Shown: positions 27,218 to 39,701 of the stretch, piece after piece | Layout of the letters: the number at the start of each line of letters is the position of its first letter | How positions within the stretch are numbered: position 1 is the stretch's first letter | Source: Lophium mytilinum | Lineage: Eukaryota | Direction: 5' to 3' | Assembly: GCA_010093605.1 (NCBI GenBank) | Contig: MU004184.1 | Location: 2,179-66,178 of the forward strand | DNA: 64,000 nt | Position numbers and translations under genes: made by a program | The notes under the pieces: generated by a model | What the model saw: the letters and a program-made list of their open reading frames with translations, nothing else | What the model was told of the DNA's origin: nothing | Database searches by the model: none

Positions 27218-29334
27218 GGTCTATCATAGTTGCGGTAGAAGGGAATCACGTCAAAACGCACGAATTAGGTTGCTAGCCTTTCGCCTTCTCCCGAGGCATT
27301 CCACGATGATGTCCCAGCTCCGTGCGATCTAGGATGCGTCACGTGAATTGATAGTGAATAGGATGCCGCTATCCCTGCACCATCTACAGCCTATCTCTTT
27401 TCTTTCCACCAGTTGTCGGAGATGATTTGGCAGTGTAAAATACGGAGGAAGAGTATTTCAGGAGGAATCTTCACCCTGCTAACAGCATACCTGGTCACGG
27501 CCCAGGTGAAGCTACCGTTGCGCCAAGCCTGCCAAGCCACTAGCGCAGCTCCTCACCTGCTGCCTCTTCCTCTGTCGCCCGCCAGCTTCATTTTTCTCTC
27601 TTCATCCTCTCTTCGTCGAAAGGCAAGATTCGATCACGTCCGCTCTAACTCGTTGGACGACTGGTGCTTGTACAGGTGGCATGGATCGCAAGTTACTTGA
27701 ATGGTATGTCTTTCACTCCCTCAATTTCTTCGCCGTCACCAGGCCCTCAACCGGTCGCCTTCCTACTCTTTGGCTTTTCACATCCTACCATATTCACCGA
27801 GTTCTATGGCACTGACATATTTCCAGGCTCTTTGGACTCGAGGTTGACGGACTCGAGACTCAACGCTCATTCCATCACCCAGACTCGTTCCAATCCGCCG
27901 TGCAGATTCTCATTGCCTGCCCGCCACCATCTTGCACTAGAGCGAGGGATCCTAGCCGCTCACGAGACCCGACCGCAAGAGAAAGCACCATGTTGTTCAA
28001 CGCTTCCAGCCACGGGCTACCTGCTTGCCAGGGTCAGCCGCGTGTTTCTAGAGAAGACAGCCTGCGCGCTGAATGTAGATCCACCTCCGCTCTGGGTTCA
28101 TGACATTTGCCCTGAACACACTTGCGTATGGTTGGGAAGACGTGCTCATCCGAGCTCGTCTAGATCAAGATAATCCGGTCACTGTTGCGCTATGAAATTC
28201 CCCCCAGACCAGGAGGGGTGCGATTACAAACATGAGGGGAGTGCGTTTTTGGCTTCGTACTATCTGGGATCTGTGGGCTGTTGGCTTTGAATCCTCTCAA
28301 TGGACGTCGTTATGTGGGCTGTGGGGTTTGGGGGTCCTTCCGTTGCGCTCTCTGTGATCAGCTTGGCTAATGGGAGGACCCTCTGAAATGAAACCGGTCA
28401 GTATTCTCCCCATCCCCGGATACCTTTACAGATTTCGGATTGCTAACTACACGTCCGATATTTACCTCTCGCCTCGCGTTCCGCGGCTCATAGGCTTCCA
28501 TGGCAGAATTGGTATCTCTGTTCTGGCTGCTTAGCGAGATGCTGAAGGACGAGGCATGGGATCAAAACCGCAATCAATGAAAAGGGACAAGCTACTGGGA
28601 CCAACCTGGTGGAAGACAGAACGTAGTATTAGAGCGTGGCAAGCAGCCTGTTAGGTACATCTTAAACAATACGCCCTTCTTGAGCTAGTCTACGATATTC
28701 ATGTCATGTATCTCGCTACCAATAGCAGTCAGCTTGGATCCCCACACTGATGACATTTCTCCTGTATAGAGCTTTGGCTTGACAGACCGAAGACTTAGTG
28801 ACCAGGTTGCTCCTTACAGTGGTGTCGAGTGGTCCAGAGTGAAGCCCAATCAGATAGAATGCCAGCGTGCCCAAAGTAATGACCTAGTACTGTATGAACA
28901 AACGGTTTTCAGCCGCCGTGAACTTATGACTGGGTCAAAAGACCCTTAGTGCTGTGCACACAACTACATCTGGTGACAAACCAGCGGAAGTTCCTAGAAC
29001 TTATGAAGGTGAGCTGAGTCTGGCCTTGACTTTGATGCTAGAAAGAGTCAGTGGCCTAGACTTGATTCTTGGAACCTGGTTCAAAGATTTCAGACTAGGA
29101 GCCCATTCGGGCTATATCATCTTGAATGAATTGTATAACGGATAAGCGAGGCGAGACTTAGCGATCTAAACTATTGGTCAATATCACGTCAATGCTTGCA
29201 AGATTTTAGTGAACTGCGTACTTCCAAGAAACTTCGCCCCTCAGATCTCTCCAGCTTCAACGACAATTCCACACTATTCGATTCGCTCTGCCCCATCAAC
29301 CACGCTTCCAAACATCACACTTCAACGACCAGAT

Positions 29335-29916
29335 ATGTCTTCTTCGAGCAACTTCCCCTCCAACCGCGCCTCAACGAAGGCTTCCTCCTCCAAGCTTGCT
29401 GCCGCCCAGACCGGCAAGCCCCCGATTCCACGATACTTCCCAGTTCAGCACACTGGCTACACCCAGACCGAGTCCAACGCTTTCGACGAGATCACCTCCG
29501 TCGCCGACAAGCTATGCCAGCTGGGCGTAGGGGTGGTCACTCGCCTGCAAATGGTGCAAGTTCACGAAGGACAGTGGAAGGCGAGCTGGAAAGCTGCCTT
29601 CGAGAAGCTCGGTGGCGGTCTAGGTGCTCTTCTACACTCAACTATCCAACGGATTGGCACGGCAGACTACTGGAAGGCCCGTTGCGAGGACGCCGAGGAA
29701 CAGGTCAAGGAGACAAAAGACATGAACCAGAAGCTCGTCCGCCTCCTGGAGGCCTACAACAAGGCTCAGCAGCACACGCTATCCGAGGAAGAACGCTCTG
29801 TTGTAGCCACGCTAACTGTAGAGTACGAGGATGCGGTCAAGGAGTGTGAGCGCAAGTGGCCAGGCGACGTGAAACAGGTCCAGCCAGAGGCCTATGTGGC
29901 AGATCTGCTTGGTTAG
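29335..29916 (+). CDS. Hypothetical protein with coiled-coil-like C-terminus
   Basis: Intronless ORF with ATG at 29335 and coding-like composition. No domain recognised. Confidence 0.5.
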   Translation: MSSSSNFPSNRASTKASSSKLAAAQTGKPPIPRYFPVQHTGYTQTESNAFDEITSVADKLCQLGVGVVTRLQMVQVHEGQWKASWKAAFEKLGGGLGALLHSTIQRIGTADYWKARCEDAEEQVKETKDMNQKLVRLLEAYNKAQQHTLSEEERSVVATLTVEYEDAVKECERKWPGDVKQVQPEAYVADLLG

Positions 29917-30648
29917 TTCTTGCAGAACTACTGTGAATGAGAACTAGTACGACAACATGACAGGAAGAATCGAGTCGCAGCAGCCTGGCCGAACGTCCGC
30001 CCTTGTTCGACTCCGTCCCGATTCGGACCTCGAGAGCCAGCAGTCTGGAGAGCTGCAGGATTAGTCGAAGACAGCCACGGGGTTCTAAGACTGTCAGCAT
30101 CAAGCTCAGCATAGAAACGATCAGATATAGAAGGCGGATCCGTAGCATCGGAAGCTTGCTTGTCATCCGGCTGAGAAGGTATAGGAGGCTGGGAATTAGA
30201 CTAGTTGGTATGTCGTTTTGGCGATGCGGATCGAATCCTGGGACGCCCCCGGGCTATCACTTTCTGAGTTCCTCTCTTTGCATTGACTAGAATCCCTAAG
30301 TCATGATCAATGACTTAATGATAAATGAAGCCCGTTGAAATGCCTCGCGTCGAGATTTGCCCTAAGAACCATGGATTTGTGACCTCGTGAAGTCCAGTTC
30401 GACGTTCTTTGAGGCCGTAAAGCGACAGTCAATATGAACCTGTCGGTTTTCTGGATTAAAGGCCTTTCAACCTCGAATTCGGGTCAATACGATAGATTAA
30501 GGCATAAGGTGCACAGTCGCCAGATGAGTTCGCTTGTCATGGAAACTTGCCGGCACCTACACACTCTCCAGCCACCCATACGGTATCGAAGTCAAAGGTT
30601 GAAAGTCAATAGTTGAAAGTTCAGGATACTAGCAGGGCCCAAATGGTA

Positions 30649-32328
30649 TCATTTCATAACATACCGCCACTCAGGCTCGTCTATTGAGCCCTCGCCCTTC
30701 ATCAGGTACTGGCGAAGTATCTCAGCCTCGTCGCGTAGTGGATGTAATTCAGAGCCACGCCACCTGAACCACCAACCAGGGTTCACCCCATTCTCCCAGC
30801 GTGTCATCTCATAACTATGCCAATAGCCAACCCGTAGGTCATCAAGGCCGTACGTAGCGATCAAGCTACGGATCTGCTTCCAAGCAGAACGCCAATGACC
30901 TCCGGTGAGAGTTGTCATATGAAGCGACAAGCTCTTGAGTGTAGCCATATGGCGACCCAGGATAGATACCAGTGTCTTCTCTTCTGTAACCACGCGTTTC
31001 AGTACCAAAGACTTTAGCCCATGCCACGTGATATCTCCGATGATATCATGCAAAGGGGAAAACTCGCCGTAGTAGTTGACGATGACTAGGTCTAGGTGCT
31101 TCAAAAGGCGTATCTTGCGGAGGAAATGATATATAATTCCGTCACCCAGTCGTTCTATGCACTTGTTCGCCTCATCGGAGGGTTCTTCGTCGTCGTCCAA
31201 AGTTGTGACCGATATGCGCATGGTCAGAGTGGAAAGCGTACTCAAAACCTCCAGGTCGAAGGCATTGAAGGGCTGTGCGAAGAAGCGCCAGCTCACAGCT
31301 TCGACCACCAGAGAATCTAGTCGAGTGCCTGCTTCGCGGCAACCGGCCAGGAGGGCATTCAGTTGTCGCACGCCTGAATGCATGCCAGGGGCGTTAAGAG
31401 TCTTGTCGCCACCATAATCGAACCAGTTGTTCTGAGATTCTGCGATCTGCCACTCGTCCATATCCCAGCCTTCTGGTGACAGCTTGATTGCTCGCAGGGC
31501 CGGCAGTTGCTTCAACGCTTGTATGATGGCTCCAAAGTCGAGATTCTGCGCCCACATCGAGTGCTGCCACCGTACGACGTCTCGGTGCTTCTTCACCCGC
31601 TGGCTCAGACCTTGGATTATCTTTGATATTTCCATGGAGCTGCTACCCTCCTTGAAAAACGGGTCTGCAACGTCTGTGAATTGTGGCTCTGGGAAGCGCT
31701 CGCTGAGGAATTTGTTGAGGAAGTCTGGGTTGTTGGTGTCACACAGCATCTGCGGGAAAGCGTCGAAATGGGCGATAGGAAGTGTTTTACCAGCTAAAAC
31801 AGCTTGGATTGCCTCCTCGAAGCTCCACGAGCCGTTCTCGATGCACTCGAAATCGCCTTCAGGGCTCCTCTCATAGCGAGCTTGTTGATAGTATTTGTCC
31901 CACTTCACCTCTCTCAAGTACAATGGCCCGTTTGTCTCCCAGTATTCTGTGGGGCACGTAAAGCACTGGCCATTGAATTGAATCTCCTTGACGTGCTTGC
32001 GGAGTACTGGGTGGCTCGTAATGGTGTCAAAGCGGGCAAAGCTAGTCGGAGAGAGGCAAAAATAGAGGCTAGGAATTAGGTGCTCTAGGCCGATCTCGCT
32101 GAACCTCTTGTTTGTACGGCGGAATGACTTAACGTCCGAAATGGCGAGGTTGTTACAGACCATGTGTAAAAGCTCGGTCGGAAGCGATCCAATGGGTGTG
32201 CTGCTTGGAATGCAGTCGCCGGAATTCGTCCCCTTCTTCGATAGCGCGTCTTCTTCCTGGCCATGACGGCACGTCATTGCTGCGGCAGGGGGTACATCTT
32301 GCGGCGTAGTTAGTAAATAATCCGACAT
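30649..32328 (-). CDS. F-box domain protein with LRR-like C-terminus
   Basis: 559-aa ORF with SLPTELLHMVCNNL...DVKSFRRTNKRFSEIG F-box and later LKHLDL/LKSLVL/LKSLSL repeats. Confidence 0.8.
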   Translation of the reverse strand: MSDYLLTTPQDVPPAAAMTCRHGQEEDALSKKGTNSGDCIPSSTPIGSLPTELLHMVCNNLAISDVKSFRRTNKRFSEIGLEHLIPSLYFCLSPTSFARFDTITSHPVLRKHVKEIQFNGQCFTCPTEYWETNGPLYLREVKWDKYYQQARYERSPEGDFECIENGSWSFEEAIQAVLAGKTLPIAHFDAFPQMLCDTNNPDFLNKFLSERFPEPQFTDVADPFFKEGSSSMEISKIIQGLSQRVKKHRDVVRWQHSMWAQNLDFGAIIQALKQLPALRAIKLSPEGWDMDEWQIAESQNNWFDYGGDKTLNAPGMHSGVRQLNALLAGCREAGTRLDSLVVEAVSWRFFAQPFNAFDLEVLSTLSTLTMRISVTTLDDDEEPSDEANKCIERLGDGIIYHFLRKIRLLKHLDLVIVNYYGEFSPLHDIIGDITWHGLKSLVLKRVVTEEKTLVSILGRHMATLKSLSLHMTTLTGGHWRSAWKQIRSLIATYGLDDLRVGYWHSYEMTRWENGVNPGWWFRWRGSELHPLRDEAEILRQYLMKGEGSIDEPEWRYVMK

Positions 32329-32637
32329 GCCTCAAAAGTCGGATATTTCTCTGAATAGAAGTTGACTTTGACGTGTAGTGCGGTGGGTTGTGAGAGTCAC
32401 ACAGGTGTGAGAAAGTGTGGTCAGCGCAGTCGGGCGGGGAGGTAGATGCGAGGCGACTATGTATATTGGTATCGCACAAAAGGTGTGGCAGTATAAAAAA
32501 GGTCAGATGTGTGGATATATCGTTTGAAATCAGTTCATTCACTTCTTGTGTCCTATTACCACATTTTATCCGGCATTTTGATCCCTGTCGCTTGTGCCCT
32601 GTTGTAAGGTCTTGATCCCATGGCCCGTGAACGCAGG

Positions 32638-32983
32638 CATTCTACTGATTGAGCTTCTCTCTTGCTCACTCGATACCACTGCAAGGAGTCCCCAGCTGGT
32701 ACTCTTTTGGTCAGTCAAACGGTAACCCAATTTCTAGGGTATGAAGATTTCATTTTATCTGGGGTTTCAAAAGCCTATTCGGACACCTCAAACAGAGTTC
32801 GTTAAATGCAGGCCGTAGCGTCGGATATTCAGTGGGACACGAGCTAATATACAAGAATAGACCCAAGTTTGCTACCATAATTGCTCGCTATGGTGATTGT
32901 CATAATCCAACAAACACGGACATTCTACTGATCGAGCTTCACTCTTGCTCACTCGATACCACTACAAGGAGTTCTCCAGCTGG
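32638..32983 (+). repeat. ~62-bp direct repeat pair (32638-32699, 32921-32983)
   Basis: CATTCTACTGAT(T/C)GAGCTTC(T/A)CTCTTGCTCACTCGATACCACT(G/A)CAAGGAGT...CCAGCTGG occurs twice. Confidence 0.85.
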
Positions 32984-33249
32984 CACACCATCTTGCCCGA
33001 CGCACCTTGATGGCCAAGTGGGGCCACTGTGGGGCCGGTCACGGGACTACCTTGGCGCCCACTACAAAAACGTCGCCGGGCGCCGCCCGCTCTGCTTTCT
33101 TTTCTCTCTTCATCATGACGCGGACACAGCGAGGGCGGTCTCTGCTTGGAGAATCAACTCCTCTAAACAAGTGTGTTATGTTTGTTCTTTTGTTCTGGGG
33201 AGGGCCTGGGGCCCTCAGCCGGTAAAGGTACGTTCTCGATGATGATCAC

Positions 33250-34100
33250 TTCCACCAGGCAACGCTGCTGGCGTCGCTGCACCCTCGTGGACGACGACAG
33301 CTGGCGTCTCAGTGTAGTGAAGGCTTCGATCATTCTTTCACGACAATGCTGACTTCCTCGCAGTGAGTGAACACTGGATCAGGTGACGCTGGCAATGAAA
33401 CTCATCAGTTCCTATCAGTGGAGATCCTGAAGACCCGCCGCGACACCCTCCTAACCGAGACCCTGAAACTCGTCGGTGATGAGAGAGCTGAAGAGCTGCC
33501 GACCGAAGGTAAGTTCCCAGTGGATCACTTCCAACAACATTGCTCTAACAAATGCAGCTCTTCTACACGTTCCAGGATGGTGTGCGTGCAGGCGAAGGAG
33601 CAAATGATACAGTCGCTGCGAGAGTCATCACAACAGGATCGCCGTGTCTACGTCGGCAACCTCTCGTACGATGTCAAGTGGCACCAGGTGGACTGGAAGT
33701 CCCAGCGCCCGACAAAGAGCAGAAACTCGAGAGATCGATTCAGAACGCACAGAGCATTGGTATGTGTTACCTCTTCAATGATTCGGTGTCAGAAGCGCTA
33801 ACAATCACCAGGTCTATTCCCACCATGGGTGCGGCGCGGCTTCTCCGAACCGTCGCGACCGGATGTCGATGTTTGACCGAGGAACTCCCCGCGACCTCGC
33901 AGCAGCGTACCATGTCCAGGGATATGGTCCCATTTCTCCAGCCCAGTTTCAGTACCCAAACGGCCACCACTCCTTCTACTGAGCCAAGATCTCCATCACC
34001 GCTATGGTTACCCACCTTGAACTGTTTGAAGATTGGCGGCGAAACAGTCTTCCTGAGGTACGATATATGAGGTCAGGTCATTTCTCGACACGCTCACGAG
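33250..34100 (+). pseudogene. Mosaic of gene fragments: unknown spliced fragment + Gbp2/Hrb1-like RRM start + Mei2-like C-terminal fragment
   Basis: RESSQQDRRVYVGNLSYDVKWH (~33620-33684) breaks off abruptly. It is followed in another frame by PDKEQKLERSIQNAQSI|GLFPP and RDRMSMFDRGTPRD, with intron 33760-33811. Confidence 0.6.
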
Positions 34101-34486
34101 TGGCAAGACGTGGGAGGCCGGCCGGGGTCAATAACCATGGTCGAGAATGGGAAGGGATCTACCCGTGGAGGCGGAAAGACGGCTCGTAACCGCAACGCCG
34201 GACATGGTTGGTTTGGGTTGATTGTTGGAAACGCAGATGACTTCACAAGCGTTAGCCTAGATCCGAAAGTAGTGTAAAAAAGGAAGTTCTCACCGACAAG
34301 GTCACAAATATTGAAAGCATGCAGAAGAAAATTTGAAGTACATGAACGATCTTCCAGACATAGAATTGGCGAGCCATCAAGGCATTGCCACGTACCACTA
34401 ACATGCCGATAGCCCCAAGAAACTCCAGAAATCTAGAAGCCCTACAGCACTATCGCGCCAAACCTTACCAATCAGGAACCATCTGC

Positions 34487-35605
34487 TCAGCTCAGAAAGA
34501 CCAAACTCCAGAAAGCAAGCAGCGCGCCATATTCCCCCTTCACCGACCACCTTTCCCTTCCCCCACTCCGATGTATCGTCCCAAAATGCCTATCAAAGAC
34601 ATCACTACTCACACTCCGCCTGCCCACCGGCTCCGTAACCCCGTTAAACACATCCACCGTCTGAATCGCCGGCCCCACGTTGAAGAAATCCACCAGCACA
34701 AACGTCGGCAGCTGCGCGTACTGCTGCCCGCAATCCCGCATATGATCCATCAGACTCCCCACCCCAGACATCGAGTTGGTGACATTCAGGAAGCGCACGT
34801 CGGGGACCTGGATCCCGAACGCCTGATTCCAGTAAAGGAAGTGGTTGACCAGGAACAGCCGGCCAGAGCTCTTTGCGGTGTCGAGGGTGAGGCCGCCGGG
34901 GCGGTCAGGAAGGCAGTAGAAGTTCTCCAGGCCTACGACTTCAAACTCTGTTTCCCAGACAAAGGTGAACTCGGGGAGGAGATACGGCGCATTGTTTGAG
35001 TCTGGCTGGATGTTCGTCACGAAGACGACGAGGCGCTGATGCGCGTCTATCATCTCCTCGAGCGTCGGCCAGGAGGAGGCGGAGGGGGTTGAGGGCGGAG
35101 GAGTCACGCCGACGCCCGTTTTGGGGACGTACGCGTGGCGTGCGATATCTGCGCTTGAGAATTCGGGGAGGAGCTCTACGGCTGATGCAGCGTCAATGTT
35201 CACGATTAGAATAGTGACGACTTCATTGGGGTGGGTGTCTAACCATACGCGGACTTCGAGGAGCCAGTCGCGGAGGAGGCCCACATCGAACATAGAGCAT
35301 ATAGAGTGGCAGAGGTGCCATTCGCGCAAACCGGTTGTTGGGGATGTTACGGCGTGGACTTGGGCGGAGAGGAGGCGGACACCGGCGTCGAGTTGGGTGG
35401 TTGTGTTGAAGAATTGATTGCCGAAGGAGTTAAAATTGTTGGATGGGGTACGGACGAAAGGGCTATCGTGGGCTCCGAGGTGGGTGATGATGTCGTATGG
35501 CTTTGAGCATAGTAGAGGCGAGTTGTTACAGGCCCTCTGGGTGGGTTGAGCTCTAGCCCAGCTGGGGAGGGTAAGTAGAAGGAGCGGGAAGAACGGGAAA
35601 AGCAT
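34487..35605 (-). CDS. Secreted PLC-like phosphodiesterase (PI-PLC X-like), probably GPI-anchored
   Basis: Signal peptide MLFPFFPLLLL..., ACNNSPLLC, HLGAHDS, NQ...T.QLDAGVRLL, HLCH, NHFL, PTFVLVDFFNVG and a hydrophobic C-terminus. Confidence 0.88.
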   Translation of the reverse strand: MLFPFFPLLLLTLPSWARAQPTQRACNNSPLLCSKPYDIITHLGAHDSPFVRTPSNNFNSFGNQFFNTTTQLDAGVRLLSAQVHAVTSPTTGLREWHLCHSICSMFDVGLLRDWLLEVRVWLDTHPNEVVTILIVNIDAASAVELLPEFSSADIARHAYVPKTGVGVTPPPSTPSASSWPTLEEMIDAHQRLVVFVTNIQPDSNNAPYLLPEFTFVWETEFEVVGLENFYCLPDRPGGLTLDTAKSSGRLFLVNHFLYWNQAFGIQVPDVRFLNVTNSMSGVGSLMDHMRDCGQQYAQLPTFVLVDFFNVGPAIQTVDVFNGVTEPVGRRSVSSDVFDRHFGTIHRSGGRERWSVKGEYGALLAFWSLVFLS

Positions 35606-36219
35606 GCTTTTGAATGCGGAATGCTGGAAGACGCTGAAATGCTCCAAGATGCTGAAAGGCTTCAAGAAGTTGAAAACAACGACGAAAAGCACTTTCGGGA
35701 TCAGATCGAGTACGCGTAGTCATGATGTTGACTGTTGAGAGAAGTATTTGAGGAAGGGTGGATAGCTGCACAAAGCCTTTCATCGTGATATACAATGTTG
35801 AAGTGGAAGGGAGGGTGGGCTAGACAAAGAAGATACGGCATCGAGACATAAAAGCTCATTGTCCAGTTCCGTAGTGAACGACGTGTCAACTCGTAGCTAG
35901 AATGTCGCCTCGTTAGCTCACCTCTATCCACCCTGAGTTGCCTCTAGAAACCTGCGGGTTCCGTAGTATACACATAGCTTCTAAATAGTGTCATAAAACT
36001 TGAAACTTCTCACCAATTTTGTCTCCTTACTTTTGATAATAGATGTAAAATTGACCATTCAACCAATCAGACTAGTTAGTTCTTGAAGACAAAGCAACTT
36101 TAAAGCTTTGAGCACGGTAGCATTGTTCTGCAAAGCCATATAACCACATCCTTCGGGGCGTATATTTTTCCATCGCATTTTGAAACCTCCAGCGGCAAGA
36201 ATCGTGTCTTTTCGGAATC

Positions 36220-36804
36220 ATGTTGGGTCCGTCAGCCAGCTCATCAGAGCCCCATTCCGGCGACTCCCCACGCGCTCCACCACCAACGTCAATCTCCACA
36301 CTCAACGCGTTGAGTGCGGCTGCGAACTCTGTGTTTGACGTCTCTTCCGCGATGCCGGGTGAGCGCGACCCCACTTCTCCTCTCTTTAGCGGTAGATTCG
36401 GCTTCTTAGACAACCCTTTGTCCTCTGCTTCTCTTGCAACGCTCCTCGAGACGGTCTCATCTCCATTACCAGAAGTAACCGTGTATTGGCTGCTTCATCC
36501 TCCATCTTCCGCATTTCGTGGTGGTATCCTGAGCCTGAACTGGGCGGTGATGGTAGCGGGTTGGTCGCATTTTGAGCTACGAAATCCAGATGAACGGCCG
36601 ATTTTGAAGGCAGACTCGGTGTTGAGAATTCGTGGAAAAGAGCTAGGAATGCCGGAAGCGTACTTCAACTGGCTCTGCGGCGATGATGTCCGGTACACGG
36701 AGACGGAGGACGGGTTTATGCTGACGCCGGAGTTCTTCTATGGAGACGAGGAATTCTGGCAGGAAGAACCGACGGTTGAGGGCGCTTTCAAAGTGGTGCT
36801 TTGA
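36220..36804 (+). CDS. Hypothetical protein
   Basis: 194-aa ATG ORF with no recognised domain. Confidence 0.35.
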   Translation: MLGPSASSSEPHSGDSPRAPPPTSISTLNALSAAANSVFDVSSAMPGERDPTSPLFSGRFGFLDNPLSSASLATLLETVSSPLPEVTVYWLLHPPSSAFRGGILSLNWAVMVAGWSHFELRNPDERPILKADSVLRIRGKELGMPEAYFNWLCGDDVRYTETEDGFMLTPEFFYGDEEFWQEEPTVEGAFKVVL

Positions 36805-37121
36805 GGCTAAAGAAATTTGACAAGAATGAGATTTGAGGTGTAGACATAGAAGGGTGTTGACACAGCATGAAAAGCAAGCTGAGGGAGTTCCATAATGGCC
36901 CTGCTTTGCACATGTCGCAGGTGGCTCGCCATATTTACGGTTGCTTTCATGTAAAAAAAACCAACGATATCGAATCTACACCGTGGAGTGACCTACACAA
37001 CGAAAGTAGCTCAATTAGCAAGCCCATCTCCTCAAAATCATCACCCTGAAAGTTTCAGAGGTCCCCCAATTTCATATTACCGAGACTCACAATGTAGTGA
37101 CCATGATCCAAATTGAATGCT

Positions 37122-37890
37122 CTAAGCTGTTACCGGCCTAACCATGGCCGTATTGATCTCCACCCCCTCCGACCCATACCTACCCAAATCAAAGTGGGTC
37201 TCTTTCTTCGGCTCAAAACCGAGCCTTGCATACAACGGTCGCCCCATCTCCGACGCCTCAAGATAAGTCGGCAACCCCGCGGCATCAGCCTGATCCAGCC
37301 CCCACTTCAGCAGAAGAGTGCCTGCACCGCGGCGGTGATGTTGCGGGAGAGTGACTAGGAGATGAAGGACTATATCAAGTCAGCTGTCTCTCCATCTTGA
37401 AATCGATGAAGGGTTTTCAAGCGCCCCCGACGACACCGTCGAGACTCCCGTAGTTGTGAAGTGAAGACTTACAATAAAACGCCCTCGCTCCCATCCACTT
37501 CCTCCTCGAATTTGCCAAATACGTGACAAACTCCTTCTCCGCCAGCCCTCTCCCACCCTCCTGCGCCGCCTCGCCCACCGGCGGCTTCGGCAAACTCGCT
37601 TCGACCTCTTCCTCTGTCCGCTCTTTTAGATTGATCCTCCATTTGGCGCACGCGATCATTTGTCCCGTTTCCTCACTCGGCTCGATATCGGTATCGATGA
37701 CTTTAAGGTGTGTGACATCCTCATCATTCAAAAAGGACTGCCGGTGCTTGTCGACCTGCGCCGCAAACTTCTCCGGTGTGATGGGCTTGGGCACGAGTTT
37801 GGAGGCCATGCCGTTGTTGAAGGCGGCGTTGCAGATGTGGGTAAAGGCGGGGAGGTCCTGCTCCGTGATTTTGCTGAGGATGAGCGGCAT
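37122..37890 (-). CDS. GNAT-family N-acetyltransferase (2 exons)
   Basis: Exon 1 has LKVIDTD...IACAKW. Exon 2 has LHLLVTLPQHHRRGAGTLLLKWG, YLEASEMGRPLYARLGF and a stop at 37122. Confidence 0.88.
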
Positions 37891-38754
37891 ATTGAAAACT
37901 TAAGGCTGAGCGCTCTTGCTGCAGATAAGTGGAGGTATGACAATTGGTAGTGTTGGTCTGAGGTTGCAGATGATGTTCTTGTGGCGGTTCGGTTGGCTAT
38001 GAATTTGTCCAGGATTCGCCTCATAGGGCGTAATTGCGCAATTGTTTAAAAAGTGGGTGCGTGCAACCGTGGTTTGCGCATCGTGAGTCAGCGCAAGTTT
38101 GCCGGAAGTTGGTCTGCCGCTTGGAGGGTGACTCCCGCTATGCGGCGGCTACTGCTGCAGTGAGACGTATGTGGGATGGTTCTGGTGGTTTGGGAAGGTC
38201 GGAAGCTATTTGTGGTAGGGCTGAGTGACGGCCAAACTCTGCGCCAAGCCGCGAGTCATGCGTGTATAAGAGCCCAAAGAGGCAATCGTTTCGCGTCTCA
38301 GATCATGAATTCGCGAATCGTATGAGGGTATTCAAGAACGATGTGTAGAGAAACGCATCCTGTACAGATCTGAATAGAAAGGCAGACCTCACGTGACCGG
38401 TCTGAACAGCTCATCCATTATCCTTACTTCAAAGCCAGAATCCGGGCTACGATCACAGAAAATGCCTTGAGAGGACAGTGCAAGTTGGTCAAACGTTTGT
38501 AGCAGCTCCAAATGTCAACACATTCACTCAGAGCACCTTTCACGCAATCACTGGTAGTAGGACCAAAATCAGTCATGGAATGCATCATACATTACTGGCC
38601 CTTCCACCTAGAAGGGAACCCGAGAGACAATCTCAATCAGGCAGAACACGACGCTCAACGCCTTGTAAACGAGCAGATTCAAGACCCCAAACCAGGCCCA
38701 AAACTCCTTTCCAATCCATCTTGCCTGGGACACCGCCAGTCAATGCCTGAACGC

Positions 38755-39701
38755 TCACATCTTGACCTCTTTCAAGTGGCTGGGCTCGGCCTCGCTCAAC
38801 TGTTCGTGGCGTCCGAATGCCTGAGCTCTCGGCTGACGCACGTAGTCCTGCTGACTCCCATCGTTCCATGTACTCGCGTGCTGATGGGGACCCCATACGA
38901 CCGGGTCCGACGGGTGGTGCTTCGACAGTCTCGACGAGCCTCTTGATGTCACGGTGCCGGAGCGAACCCGGGCTGGAGGAGGAGTGGGTAGGCCGCCTGC
39001 CATGGACATTTCTTTTGCCATGGCGTCGTGGAAGGCAGCATCGGCGACAGGGGCATCCGAGGCAGCCATATTCGCGCGGCGAGCGTCTGCGCGGCGGCGA
39101 TGGCGTCGTTTGAGCCAGACTCCAATGATCGAGGCGCTGACCATGAAGAGAAAGATGACTATCAGCATGACAACCCATTTCCAGTGCGTGGAGAACCTGG
39201 GTGGACGTTAGTACTTGTGGTTCGGCCGTCTGTGGAATGCAGCACTCACCAGCCGTTGTTGCTCGAGTTCTCGCTCACGCCTTTCTTGCCCGCAGAAGTT
39301 GTTCCTGTAGCAGCGCCAGTAGCGGTACTCGTCGCGGTTGTGATTGTGGTTGTAGTGGTCTCGGCCGGCTGCACAGTCGGGCCATTGCACAACGCGATGT
39401 AGTATTGCTCGATGGTCGTTGCGTCTTGGGGAGTGCAGATTGTATCGGTGGCTGACGATTGGCAGAGGGACGGCGAGGTCTTGAGGGTTGTGAGGAGTCC
39501 GCTCTGGCAGACGCAGGATTGGTAGGTATCTTGGTTCGTGACGGGTGCGGCCGGAGGCACGCAGTTGGCTTCGGCTTGGGCCAGGATAGAACATTGTTTA
39601 GCGCACGCCGGCAGCTTACTGTAGTCAATGACCGACTGGGCGGATGCCAGGCTCGAAAGCGCCAGTCCGAAGACGGAGAGGACGACAGTAGTGAATTGCA
39701 T
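38755..39701 (-). CDS. Type I membrane protein with CFEM-like Cys-rich ectodomain and Ser/Thr stalk
   Basis: Signal peptide, LPACAKQC...C...CVCQS...C...C...C, Thr-rich linker, intron at ~39190-39248, then a TM helix followed by KRRHRRR. Confidence 0.8.

Noticed and set aside
30191..30250. tRNA-like A box (TAGACTAGTTGG) and B box (GGATCGAATCC)
   Set aside because: The boxes are too close, with no anticodon arm and no acceptor-stem pairing. At most a relic or chance match.
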